The notes beneath the pieces are model-generated. The model made no database searches and was not told the DNA's origin. It worked only from the letters and a program-made list of their open reading frames with translations. From positions 15,438,001 to 15,502,000 of the forward strand of contig OZ038378.1 in assembly GCA_964036045.1 (NCBI GenBank): a DNA stretch of 64,000 bases, given 5' to 3'. This DNA comes from Eutreptiella sp. 'Long Island Sound 2002' (lineage: Eukaryota; Protista; Euglenida). The translations under genes and the position numbers were made by a program. This document shows, piece after piece, positions 1 to 11,900 of this stretch (the first letter of the stretch is position 1; every line of letters starts with the position of its first letter).

Positions 1-671
1 CCCAGCATCATCTGCTTCTATCTGTGGTAGCATGCAATGTTGCAAGCACCTAAGGAATGCACATCCTGATCTGGACTTCCAAGCAAAAAATCCCTTTTAC
101 TGACGCCATACCTAAGCCAAGACACATTGGATAGTGCACCGCATGAGCTCAAGGCGAAATTGGGTACTAGTGCAGTGCAAGCTTGGGAGACTGCCGATGG
201 AACATTGTGGATGAACTTGAGCGATTAAGGTGATTCAATAAATGGTTCATGGGCCTACAAGGTAGGTTATCTATAATGCTTGTTGAAGAATTTCCAAATG
301 TTTACTCGGCCTTTTTGTATCTCCGGGCCCAATTGTCAATGGCTTGGGCAATGGTCCCATTTCACAACAGCGCGGTGACAAGAGGGGGGCATGTTTAGAC
401 ATTGTAGTAGGGGCCGCTGCACAAAGGTCGCCAAGCACTCCTCATATGCACGTTCTTGTATGCAAATGAAGCAGTGTTGAATAGTTCAATAGTGCAGGTC
501 ATTATGTGCTTACCTTCACCTTAGTTGCACCATGTGTCCGCCGAGCATTCATATAGCCGGCCTAGGGTAAGTGACATGCCCGGAATTGGGTTCATGCCCG
601 GGTGCCCTGTCCTCTTCCCTGTCCGGGTACAGCGGGGTGGCGGGAGGAACGAGCCTGCACGAGTCCTACGC

Positions 672-1263
672 CCCGGGGGGGCGGCCGGGCCCGGTCCTTG
701 TATGCGACACTCCCCAGCCCCCCCCCCCCCCCCAGGTTTTGAAAGATAGTGGTGCCGGGTCGGCCACCAACAAGTGTCCCTAGAGAAAACTGTCCGGCGC
801 CGAAGGCGCCAATTTTTTTTCATACTATGTGTTTATACTCAAAATGCTCAAAATTTTGTAGAGAATTCATATTTGTGTTAAAACAACAAGAAAAAAATTT
901 TGACCTGAAGGAGGGCTACAGGAGGGCTGCAGGCCCTAACAGCAACCCTAGCCCTAACCCTAACCCTAACCCTAGGGCTAACCCTAACCCTAGGGTTAAC
1001 CCTAACCCTAGTGCTAACCCTAACCCTAACGTTAACCATAACCCAAATCCCCCCCCCTCACCCCTGGCTGGACACCCCCCTGACCCCCGGCCAGACCCCC
1101 CCCAACCCCCCGGTTGGACCCCCCCCCCGACCCCCGGCTGGACCCCCCCCGACCCCTGGCTGGACCCCCCCCCCAACTGCCCCCCCCCCTCCAAGTTTTG
1201 ACAGATAGCCCGGGGGGGAGGGGGGGGTTTCGCATCAAGACCGGTTGTAGTTGCCCCCTCGGG
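672..1263. mobile_element. Non-autonomous TIR element (MITE-like, about 590 bp) carrying telomere-like repeats
   Basis: Left end CCCGGGGGGGCGG..CCGGTCCTTGTATGCGA versus reverse complement of right end CCCGAGGGGGCAA..CCGGTCTTGATGCGA. Flanked by direct repeat TCCTACGC (664-671 and 1264-1271), extendable to the 10-mer GTCCTACGCC. A homologous terminus (TTGTATGCGACAC..CAGCCCCCC) occurs on the - strand near 13795-13820. Confidence 0.7.
934..1046 (+). repeat. Interstitial telomere-like (CCCTAA)n array with variant units
   Basis: Runs of CCCTAA mixed with CCCTAG, GGCTAA, GGTTAA and CCATAA; followed by C-rich GGACCCCCCC-type repeats to about 1190. Confidence 0.9.
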
Positions 1264-2044
1264 TCCTACGCCTTGCACTTTCTCTATCTCCCTTCAAAAC
1301 GGGTGTGTACAGCTTCACGGACCATCCAAGGCGGATACAGCAATCCAATTAAAATGGCGGCATCACCCAGATCCTCCAATGGGACCTCCATCTCCTATGA
1401 ATTGTCGGGGACCTCTACCGTGGGGGGCGCAATCACGCATCTTTTTTGATGGCGACCATGCCTCTGCCTCTCTAGGCCGTTTTGGGCGCCGTGGCATCGC
1501 TTAGCTCAAGAGGTTTGAGTGTTGGGAGTGGATCATTTGCTGGGCCCAGGCCCCTTAGGCCACCATGTGTTCCGACATTTGCACCTTCAAAGATGGCACG
1601 CATGTGTCTCCCCCCTCATCCATGAGATGGAGACACACACGTTGATCACCACAACATAGTGGGGGGAGCACGTCTATGAGGAAAAAAAGACCACTGCGAT
1701 ATGAACATGCAAGAAGCGGGACCGCCACAGGTGTGCCAACCATGGAGATGCAAACAACAAAACGGGCCTCCATATGCCATCGCACTGCTCCTTCTTTGCG
1801 GAGGAAATAGGTTTGCCAAAGGGTGAGGGAACACACTGCACCAACCAAAATCAGTATTGTAACTCAGACTAGCCCATCATGGGCCCCGTCAACAAACAGA
1901 ATCAAACCTGGCCCGGCCCACCATTTTCCCATCAATGCCGGCTCATCCTTGTGAAGATCCAACTCGAGACATAGGGTCTGCACATCCGCCGAAGGGGCAC
2001 ACCACGGTTCCACTGCCATTGCCATTACCTGTACTACCACCAAG

Positions 2045-2143
2045 GACTCCAATACCGCCACAAGGTATGCCCACCAGGGACTCCAATACCGCCACAGGGT
2101 ATGCCCACCGGGGACTCTAATACCGCCACACTGGTATGCCCAC
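2045..2143 (+). repeat. 33-34 bp tandem repeat, 3 copies
   Basis: GACTC(C/T)AATACCGCCACA..GGTATGCCCACC starts at 2045, 2079 and 2112. Confidence 0.85.
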
Positions 2144-2956
2144 CAACATCCCCGTTGAGCCAGCAATAGGCCCCCGCCGCGAAGGGGCACGCCAAACCGC
2201 GGGACCGCACTTGCCATTGGAGAAATCCCAAAAAATGACTGCATCAGCCGTTTCTGAGACCACCAGACCGCCAACCGAAGCCATGCTACAAACATTTGCA
2301 GATGGGCCACCTCATGGGACCACACCACCCGCTCCAACAAATCCAACCACTTCCCAAACCTAGAAACTCTTGCCACAGCACCCCTCAGGTCCCCTCCCCA
2401 TCCCATATATGAGAATGATTGCTTGAGTTGAAAAACCACATGCAGGTTCAGTGGAGAAAAAGAGCAAAATTGCATACAAGCCACAATATCTTCAAACTGA
2501 TATTGATGTAGAAGTAATTTCACTTTTGGAAAAAGCAAATGGAGGACCAATTGAAGGAAGTCAAGAAGAAGAAGAGCAAATTCTAGATGCACTAAAAATT
2601 AAAAAATTATACAACAAACCACGGTGCTGAAGCGCCCAAGCGGAAGCCCCAATCTAAGCCAAAACCAACACCGGCATATATCCATTTAGAATAGATGCGG
2701 GGGCCTGACCCAAGTTTTTGTGTGTTTGTTTGTTGGGGGGGGGGGGTCGGACTTAACTAGATGGGTGGCGAGTGTTGACCACTGTCCTGCCTGACCATTG
2801 TCCACGTTAGGTTTGCACAGGGCTAACCAGGGGCAGGGTGGGGGTGACTTGGCGCTCCCTGAGTCAGTCCCACAATCGGGGACTCATGGTTGGCTACGCG
2901 TGGCCATAGTAGCTGGGGGAGCTTCTCTTTGAGGAGTGGTGAAGCCATGTACATAG

Positions 2957-3107
2957 ATTGTGTTGTTCCTCGACGAAATGCGGTTTGAAAATCTGCTTCG
3001 AAAATTTCACGGCGTTTTCCGTCCGTGGAGTGCTTGCGATATTGCTACCAAGTTTGCCGGCCAGGCTGCGAACACAAGTGTGCTTGGAAAACTGGTCGAG
3101 GGAGTAG
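2957..3107 (+). CDS. Candidate coding exon, possibly an upstream exon of the LRR-ANK-PKD2 gene
   Basis: ACATAG| acceptor, open frame IVLFLDEMRFENLLRKFHGVFRPWSACDIATKFAGQAANTSVLGKLVEG, possible donors at 3104 or 3108. No recognisable domain. Confidence 0.3.
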
Positions 3108-4259
3108 GTGCCACGGAGTGCTTGCAATATTGCTACCAAGATTTCAGGCAGCACTGTGAAGGGGAATGTGCTCGGAACCCTTTCAAGGAGTTCAACATTG
3201 CTGCGCGTGTTGTGGGTCGTTGCAAAAGGCTAAGAATGTAGTAGAGAGCCCCCTGCAAAATGCAACCACTCAAATGGTGTATTTTGGTCAGCAAAAAAAC
3301 ATTTCAAGGTAAGGGAGTTTGCGACATGTGTTGCTGTGGGTACTTGTGTTCCACCAACCGTCATCAAGCATGAGAGCAAAATAGTCCTAATCAAGCTGCG
3401 TGAAGGTCTTCAAAAATGGGCCGTTTCTAGTTTAATGTTGGATGTGACAACCAATTGCACTGACGAATACCCTATAAACATGATCCTGCGAACAGGCTAC
3501 CGCGTTTGCTATGCAACCACCGCTTTGGTTCCCCAGAATCGTGCTGCAAACTGTCGTTGATGCAGTCATGATAGCTTGGGAGACCCTAGAACTCCCAAGC
3601 CATGCAGTTGCGCCTGTGCTGGTTGATAGCACCGGTTATTGTGCAAAGGCATATCACATCTTTCACACTTATCTGCACTATTTGCATGTGAGCTCGTCCA
3701 AGGGGGGCGTCACACTGTCCAAGACCCATTGCCCTGAATTTGTTGGCCTGGTTCAGTGAAAATTTTCCCCTGATTCGGGGATCCCCCCCCCTCCCCGGTG
3801 ACAGTGTAACAGTGCAGCTGGTGCCGTCACAAGGTCACAAGTGGGAGTGCAAGGTAATGAACAAGCAGATGAGGGGACCGGCAGGGGATCGGCACAGGCC
3901 TTTCATGACGTCTGTGAGATCAGGAGGTCAGGGAGTTGCCAGCGATTCGTAATCATCGGGTGATAACAGTGATTCAGGTTCTGATAGTGAGTGACCGGAT
4001 TCCATGGGCGGGGGATGAGCTGACCCAAGCCAGCCCAAGAAGCATTGGGTAGTCAAGCTCGGCGATTTTAAGGCAACATTCGGTGCTGGTTTGGGGCAAT
4101 GACCAGATCGCCTGTGACACTGGGGCTATTTCGGTAGCCCAGTATCCGTTGCTTCCTGCCCCCGAAGCTGCGCCATTGTGAGTGGTCAAAGGGCCCAAGG
4201 GTTTTTTCTGTTCCCAAGGGAAGGGGTATTTTTTTCACGCCACATGTGCATACTCAAAA

Positions 4260-4585
4260 GGGGCTACGTAGCCCCATCACCCCTCTCCAAGGTGGAGACC
4301 TCGATACAGCAGGGGCTGTACAGCCATTTCAGCCCTCCCTGCTCCAGAGGCCCTAATGCGGCATGGTTTATGTAGCCATGCCACTCCTCTCCGCTCTAGA
4401 GGCCCCGATACAGCATGTGTTTTGTAGCCACGGCACTCCTCTCTGCTCTAGAGACCCCAAAGCAGTGATCATAAAGGAACTTCAGCAGTCTCCACTCTGG
4501 AGACCCCAGAGCAGCAGGGTTTATGTAGCCATTTCAACCGGATCTGCTCTAGAGGCCGTGATATGGCAAGGGTTACAAAGCCATG
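4260..4585 (+). repeat. Degenerate 52-bp minisatellite, about 6 units
   Basis: (T/C/A)AGCC anchor at 4269, 4321, 4373, 4425, 4526 and 4578; consensus approx GGTTTATGTAGCCAT..C.CTCCTCT.CTGCTCTAGAG(G/A)CCCCGATACAGCA. Related units at about 24400-24530 and 57550-57590. Confidence 0.8.
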
Positions 4586-4729
4586 TATGCTTCCTTCCAA
4601 CCACCCTTGATCACCCCACAACTGCTGTCCCCTCTGCTCACAACCGGTTACCCTCCACCACCCCACCCTCCAGACCACTGGGCTCCATGTGTGGGCACTG
4701 CCAATATGTATGTGTGCCCTTTGCTCCAG

Positions 4730-5987
4730 GTCTCCTGGCGTGCCCAAAGAATGCGCTCTGGGGGTGCGCATTTGTGAAGGCACGGCAACGGAATCGGAAA
4801 TCCTAGGCAGCCTCCGGGACAAGTTCTGGACGTTGGTCGCCAGCGAGACAACCGATGCGTTCCATGATGACGCCCAGGACCATCCGACATGCGACGACTC
4901 GTACGCGTCCCGTGCGTTTGAGTGGGCCCCGGAGACGCAGATGTTCTGCAACTCCGGCATCCAGGACCAGAAGTACGCGGATCTCTCCCGCTTGGGGTTC
5001 CCACTCTCGACAGGCAATACCTTGCAGGTGGTGGGCAGACTGACGCGGGTGTTCCGTGCGCGCGGCCTTGGGCTACAGGGCAACGGGGTGGATGCGGGGG
5101 TGCTTCGCGGCCTCGTGGAGCATCTGCACGGGAGCTACAATCTGGAGGTTCTGGATCTCAGTGACAACTGTTTGACGTCGGTGGCCGCAGTGCACTTGGG
5201 GAGGCTGCTGGAGCGCTGCTTCCGCGTGCACTCGGTCAACCTGAGTCACAACAACCTTGGCGACGAGGGCATCGAGAGCCTCTGCGAGGCGTTCAGTGAC
5301 GCCCATGCGGTGAACTCAGAGCACAATAAGTGCAGTGAGGGTGCAGAGGAGGTGGCGGTGCACGGGCCAGCCCGATGGGTCTCGTTCACGCGGCTGAAGC
5401 TGCTGGAGCACGACATCAGTTCGCGTCTGCAGGAGCTGTGCTTGAAATCGGTGGGGCTCGGGGATCGGGGGATGGACGCACTGTGCCGCACCCTCCCCGA
5501 CATGAGCCTTGTGACGTTGGACGTCTCCAGCAACGTCTTCACGGACAGCGGCATGTTCCAGCTCAGCGCGACCCTGCCCGACCTGGCGGATCTGGAGGTG
5601 CTCAACGTTTCGAGCCTGCATCATGTCTTGGATTGGATGGTCTTCATCTCCAAATTGGGGCAGCTCGGCCTCAGGGCGCTGGCGCTGTGCAACAACCAAT
5701 TGAACCTGCCGGCGTTTCGGAGTCTTTGTTTGGAGGTGGTGGGGCACGCGGCCCCGCAGCTCAAATACGTGAACGTCAGCGGGTGCGCCATCGCCACAAC
5801 TCCGATCGGATGCCGATGGGCCATGGACGCGGTGATGGAGTCTTGTCTGCAGGGAGATGGGGCCCTGGTGCTGTGCACCCTCAATGACAGCCCCTTGACG
5901 GCGCAGTGGACCCCCACACACCGGGGGTGCCTGCGGCCCCCTGCCTCCGAGGAGGACAAGGGGCTGGTGATCCCGCAGGACTTTCAG
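4730..5987 (+). CDS. Exon encoding ribonuclease-inhibitor-like leucine-rich repeats
   Basis: CTCCAG| acceptor and CAG|GTGGCC donor. Repeats LEVLDLSDNCLTSVAAVHL, VNLSHNNLGDEGIESLCEAF, LCLKSVGLGDRGMDALC, LDVSSNVFTDSGMFQL and LALCNNQL. Confidence 0.85.
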
Positions 5988-8900
5988 GTGGCCCTTGCTC
6001 TGCCCCGCTTCCCATGCCCCTTTCTCCTTCCCTTGGCCTTGCACGTGTTCCCACTACGGCACGCGCTGCCCTGTGTTCGGCCAATGATCTGAGTGTTGGC
6101 CATGCTCTGGAATGACAAACAGGGCTCGGATTATTGGGGCCTCCACGAAAGTTCCTGCACACCTTCTGTAACCTCTCTGGCGGTGGTAGGCGGGTGCTGT
6201 TGAGCTGTTGTCGGCAGTCGGTCTGTTCGTCACGCCAGTTCTGCTTGTGACTGAGTGGGTGGTCGCGGTCGAGACGTGGGGAAACTGGGCCCTCGTCACA
6301 CCCTTTCCTTGAGCCAGAGCCCCCCCACCCCCCCCCCGTCAGTATGGAGAACCGACCTTCAGCTTTTTTTGGTGAATGCTGATTCGGCATCCTCCAACAT
6401 TTGGGGGTACCGGAATTTCCCCCAACTGATTGTCCACAAGGCACCAAAGTTTGTGGGTTGCCGCGATCTTCTCCCCCCACCCCCTTTCAGGTTGATTCCA
6501 GCTTGATGGTGTGCCCCAGGGTGTTCCCCCCCGACGCTAATGGGGCCATGGCGCCACAACCCGGGAGTTCTCCCAGGCAGGCCTCCAGGGCAGGGAAGCG
6601 CTCTGCACGCCCTGGGACCCCTCCTGTTGCGTCAGGCGTGCCCGTGGGATGTTGGACTCAGCCACGTCTGACAGCACCACTTTGTGCTGCAGGGCAGTCA
6701 AGGAGTGTGGGTCCTCCCCAGCCATGCCGCACGCCGGGGCTGCCCCAGTCCTGGGGCCGCTTGGCAGCATGTCTTTGTGACACGGAGGCTGCGCAGCCCT
6801 GGCCCGTTTCTCCCCCGGTGGGCCTCCCCGGAGCACCGGGCACACACTACCCCCTACCCCCCCCCCCCCCCCACGCACAGGCACCACAATGGCGTCTCCC
6901 GCTCACCTACGCTGCGGTGTGGTCCATGGGGGCTGTCCTATTCCGCTCGGCCTTGGAACCGGACCGCCAGGATTTGGGACCAGTGCCACGCAGGGACGGA
7001 CGTGCAGGCCTGCCATTGCCTGTGTGAGGCCCTGCCCCAACCCCACCCAACCCCCTGTAGGTGCTGGCCCCTGCCCTTGCCCCTGCCCTCACCCTCCCAC
7101 GCGCAGGTGCTGGAGAAGGACACCTACGGCCGCACGCTGCTGCATTTGTGCTGTGAAGGGGGCACCCTGGCGTACTACGACGCCATCATCTCCTACGTGG
7201 CAGACTACGTGGGGGAGGAAAGTTACTTGGCGATCTTCTTGGACCAAGAGGACCTGAACCGAGAGTCGGCCCTGTCGGTTGCGGCGATACGCGGGCACGT
7301 GAAGCTGGTCAGCGCCCTCTTGCAGGCGGGGGTGCGGGTCAGCAAGAGCTGCTACGAGGCCATCCTCATGATCCAGGTCTGGCCCGTCGCCCCCTGTGCC
7401 CAGTGGGTCACAGTTCTGCTCGCCCTCATGTAGCCACGACCTCTCTGGGATGGTGGACAAGGTCCTGGCCATTTCACTGCTGGCTGTTAGCGGGGCTGGT
7501 GACCGACGGCGGTCGCTGATCAGCTGGTGCACTGTGGAGATGCAGAAGTACCAGAGTCTATCAGTTTCTTTTTTTTTGTATTGGACAGGCATTCAGGACA
7601 TTCCTGCATCAGGGGGGGATGGCTCTAGGGACAATCCTACCGCCTGAGTACTGGGCAAATACGAATATTTTGCCAAAACAATCAATTGCGGGGACCACAA
7701 CGAGCAAACGCCAAAAATTTGATGCAAAAATTTAAATTACTTATGGTGCTTGAAGCCTTAGAATTAGGCAAATTTCCGCAAAAAATGGGGATAATGAAAT
7801 GATTGTAGGATCCTGACATGCGAGTGCCCATCCCTGTGGTTCGGGTTGAATTGAGTGTGCCAAGCATTTGGTTCAAGGTGACAATTTTGTGCTGCTGGCA
7901 GCAACCATGGTCAGGGCCATATTTCTGTTGTACAGCAGAATTTGCCCAGAAAAAGAAACATGAGTCCATGGGGTCGCCAAGCTGCAGCCCTTGACACCAA
8001 CCTCCCCCCCTCCCCCCTCAAAATGACCAAACTGTTTAGAAGCTCCGGACCACATTTGTGGCACCAAAGGCGCCGCAAATTTTTTTGCAAGCATATGGTG
8101 GGGAGTAAAAATTCGTGTTTGCCCCATTTGTGTATCCTCAAAATGCTCAGAATTTCATGGAGACTTCAAATATGCATGCAAAACATGAAAATTTTTCTGT
8201 CCCCTGACCCCCCCCCCCATCCAGCCCCCCAAACCTGGCTGCTGGGACTCGACCCCCCAGGGGGTAATTTTTTTCAGAATCCCAACATATGTGTGTTCAA
8301 AATGATCAGTGCGACGAGGGCATCATTTTGTGGTATGTGTGTTGGGGTACCCGGGACCCAGAATTCCCCCCGCCCTCTTCCTTCAGGGGGCCAAAATGTT
8401 TAGGGGGTGTCACTGTCCGGGGGCTGCACCGTGTAAGGGTCCCTCCAAGAATATGGGCAGCGACTTGTAGCATGCATGTAGGCCAGTGGGAAAGTGTGAG
8501 GTGCCAACGCGACAGATGATCGATTGTTTGGCTAAAGTGACACCCAAAGGCCTCATGAGGGCCCAGTACCCCTGGTCAGGACCATGAATTGATATGGTTG
8601 TGTATGGTCTGCATGTTTAACTGCCTTTACTGCGTCTGTCTTGGACATGATTTGCAGTGGCCTGCATCCCTGAGCCCAGGTGCCAGCCCTGCGACGCGCT
8701 GATGGGCCAGTTACTGATGGAGCTCCAAGAATCGTCAATATGGTGAGTGACCCCTCCCCCTGCCCTCCCCCCGGACTCCTCCCCACTCCTCTGTTGACCC
8801 AACAAACAATGAGACAGACGCACCCCATATTGACGTGCAGGGCCCCAATGGGGCCGAGTCCATGCTGTAGACGGAGACCTTGTATGAGGCCTCACTGCTG

Positions 8901-11900
8901 GGCATCACAGTGGCCGGCAACATCTGTTTCGTTGGTGAGTCGAGTTGTCAATGAGAAACACACCGATTCGATTTTCCCCAATGCATGGGAGATGGCTGGG
9001 ATTCATGAATATTCTGAAGGGGGTTCATTCATTCATTCATTCATTCATTCTCTGGGCAAGTCCGCATGTGTTTAAGGAATAAATGGAAGCAGCAGTGGGT
9101 ATAGCTGTAACTCCACTGATAGCACTGCTGCCCTCAAACTAAAATTTCCCCAAGGCGCCCTTGGGGGGGGGGGGGGGGGCTGCTTGCGAGCTGTAGCAAA
9201 TGGGTTACACCACTGCCCCCACATCATGGAGGTGTCCTCAGGTGCAGCCCTAGCCTGGTGCAGCCCGACATTAGTCCGCAGGGCACAAACACCCTGGTAC
9301 ACCCCAGCCCAGTACCCAACCAACAAAGGGGGCAAGGGGACCCTTGCATTTTTCACAGAGATTTTTTGAGTTTTTCATGGAGAATACAAAACGGTGAACG
9401 TTACTTATGACACCACAAAGCGGAGGGTGGGGGGGGGGGGTTGGGTATGGCAGAGAATTTGTAGTCTACTGTGCCCCAGGTACAGGGACCGCATGTTTTT
9501 TTGTCCCCGTGCCATAGGCATCACACAAAATGCCACCAAAGCGTCCCTTTTCCCTCTTGGGAATGCAGCGCCAGCACGCAAATCGCCTCGATGACTTGGA
9601 GGCAGTGGTGGCGGGCTCCCTACAATCCTTACACTAGCAGCCTGCCAAATATTTTGGCCCTCCAGAGGGGAAGGGGGGGGGGGAGCAAAAACAGCCCAGC
9701 AGCCACGCTACAATGAGGGCAAGGCGATGTTGCCCCTCTCTTACCACAGATGTTGTTTTTTTCAACATCGCGAAGGAATTTCTGGCCTTTTATGCTCTGA
9801 GCAATGGCTGAATCTCACTAAGAGAAATACTCTAAGATGTGTATCATCTAATTTGGGTCATTGGAGAGTCCTTGTTTTTTTCTGTTCATTGTTCAGATTA
9901 ACACTAAGAAGTGTTTTTGTTGCCCACAAAAAGGTGCATGTGTGGTTCCTGGGATTCTTTGTCTCCTGCTGATCAAACTTGCTGCAGGACAAGTACCGTG
10001 ATGCTGACGAGGGTGCAGTTTGCCACTTATGTGTTCGCTCTGCATGCCCCAGGTCATTCACTCTGTGCCCAGCCGCACAGTCAGGCGCTGCGTCATCAGC
10101 CCCCCAGTCGGTGGATTCTGGGCTGCAGCGTTCGGCTCATCTTGTAGAGTCTGGTGGTGCCACGTCTTTGGCTACACCCTTAGTGGATACCGGGGTTCTA
10201 CAGCCTTCAGCGTCTTTTGTGGAATCTTCTAGTGCTGCCACAATCTGATGCTCACCCACCTGGCAGATCATAGTCAGAAGGTCAAAAGGTTTGCGCAAAA
10301 CTTTGGTGATCTGAGACTCTGAAGAAGGTCACGATGTTGAATTCAACCAATATTTTGATGGTGTTTCTGTGTTTAGTCTTCTTGTGCCAGGCCTTGTTCG
10401 TGCATGAAAAACAGTTTTTCCATCAGGTGACCAGTCTAAGGTAGGTGGTAAAAAGTATACAGTAGATTTGAACCAACTGCAGCTGAATGTAGGATAAGCG
10501 CACAGGCCACTAGGGCACTGACAAGTCAGTACTCAAGGACCATATGCAGACCGAGAGGTGAATTTTTTTTCGAAAATTCAGAGACATTTTGTGTTCCCAC
10601 ATGACCATAATGCACAACAACCAAAAGGAAGGTGGTTTTGGGCCTGCAACTGAGATCCAGGTCAGTGGCAAGCTGCTTTGTTGAAAAATGGGTCTGCCGA
10701 TTTTTTCTGCCGATTTGTTGGGATTTCTTAGCCGACTTAGGGGCTTTGTCGACACCCTCACACCCCCAGGTCCAGCACGCAGAATGCATCCACTTTATGG
10801 AGCGCAACAAGCATCTGATTCAGGAGTCTTTGGGGCGCAGGGTCTCGCAGGTCTGCCCGACGCAGCACCTGATGAGGCAGCATGAGCGTGTCTGTCGCAA
10901 CGGTCACCGGCTCTTGGACCTGATCGAGGACCAGCTCACGCCGCACTGCAGTCAGTACCTGCGGTCCTCCTCCTTCCGGCGCTTCTTTCAGCACTTCGCC
11001 TTCTACATCGCCTTTTTGTTATCTTTCAGTTTTTTGGCGGCGTCACAGAGCACAGGGCTCAAGAACACAAAGTACACGGTGCTGAAGGTGTGGGCTGCGG
11101 TACCTTTTGTGCCTGTGTGTACAATTACAGGACCTTCCCATGCTGTCATGCAGCACATTGCTGTGCATGTGTGTGTGTTGGTGATCGTGCCATGTCCATC
11201 CAGCCGTTGTGTACTGTATTTTGCCTTCGTTTACTGCTTCCGGTACAATACCTGCCCAACCTGTTGTGTCCTAAGTCGTGTTGTGCATGTGTGTGTGTGT
11301 GTGCCCATGTGTTGAGTACAGTCCTATGCCTGTCCATGCCATGGTGTGTTGCGTCATATCTATGTCTGTGTTCGTGTAAGCATTGCCTTGGCCTCTCCCA
11401 AGCCTACAGTGCCATGACTGCTCCCGCGTTGCGGACTGCACTGTACCCGTCCGAGTGGTCGCTGTGCCTTTTTGTGCGGGTTGCGTTGCCGTGGCTGTAG
11501 GTCGTGGGCGACCATCTGATGGGTGTCAACAGCGGTCCATCAGGGGGCGGTTTTAGCGACATCAGCAAAGTGGACGAGTTCTGGCAGTGGCTGCGCGGTC
11601 CTTTTGTCGAGTGCCTGTTCCCTAGCAAAGAGGTATGTGCCCACATCACCCCATGATGGAGGAGTCGCTGCGTCGCAGTGCATTGGGGGCCGTGGGATTC
11701 CTCTTTGCTGTCTGCTGTACGCCTCTCCACTGCCCTCTTCTCAACTGTGGACCCCTCTCCCTTGTCCTTCTCTCAAGTGTCCTGTTCCTCATCCCCCTCT
11801 CCACTGACTCCCTGTATGTCCTATCTGCTATCCCATCCATCTGTCTGCCTGTCTCTCTGTCTGTCTATATGCCCGCTCTATGTATCTCGATTGTTTGGAC

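Noticed and set aside
934-1046. True chromosome end
   Set aside because: The array is short, degenerate, internal and enclosed by TIRs and a TSD.
749-1201. 150-aa ORF with NP/PNP repeats
   Set aside because: It is the translation of the telomere-like and C-rich repeats, not a gene.
5316-6044. Long antisense or alternative-frame ORFs over GC-rich exons (also 13960-14511, 16974-17480)
   Set aside because: Shadow ORFs of the high-GC3 coding strand.
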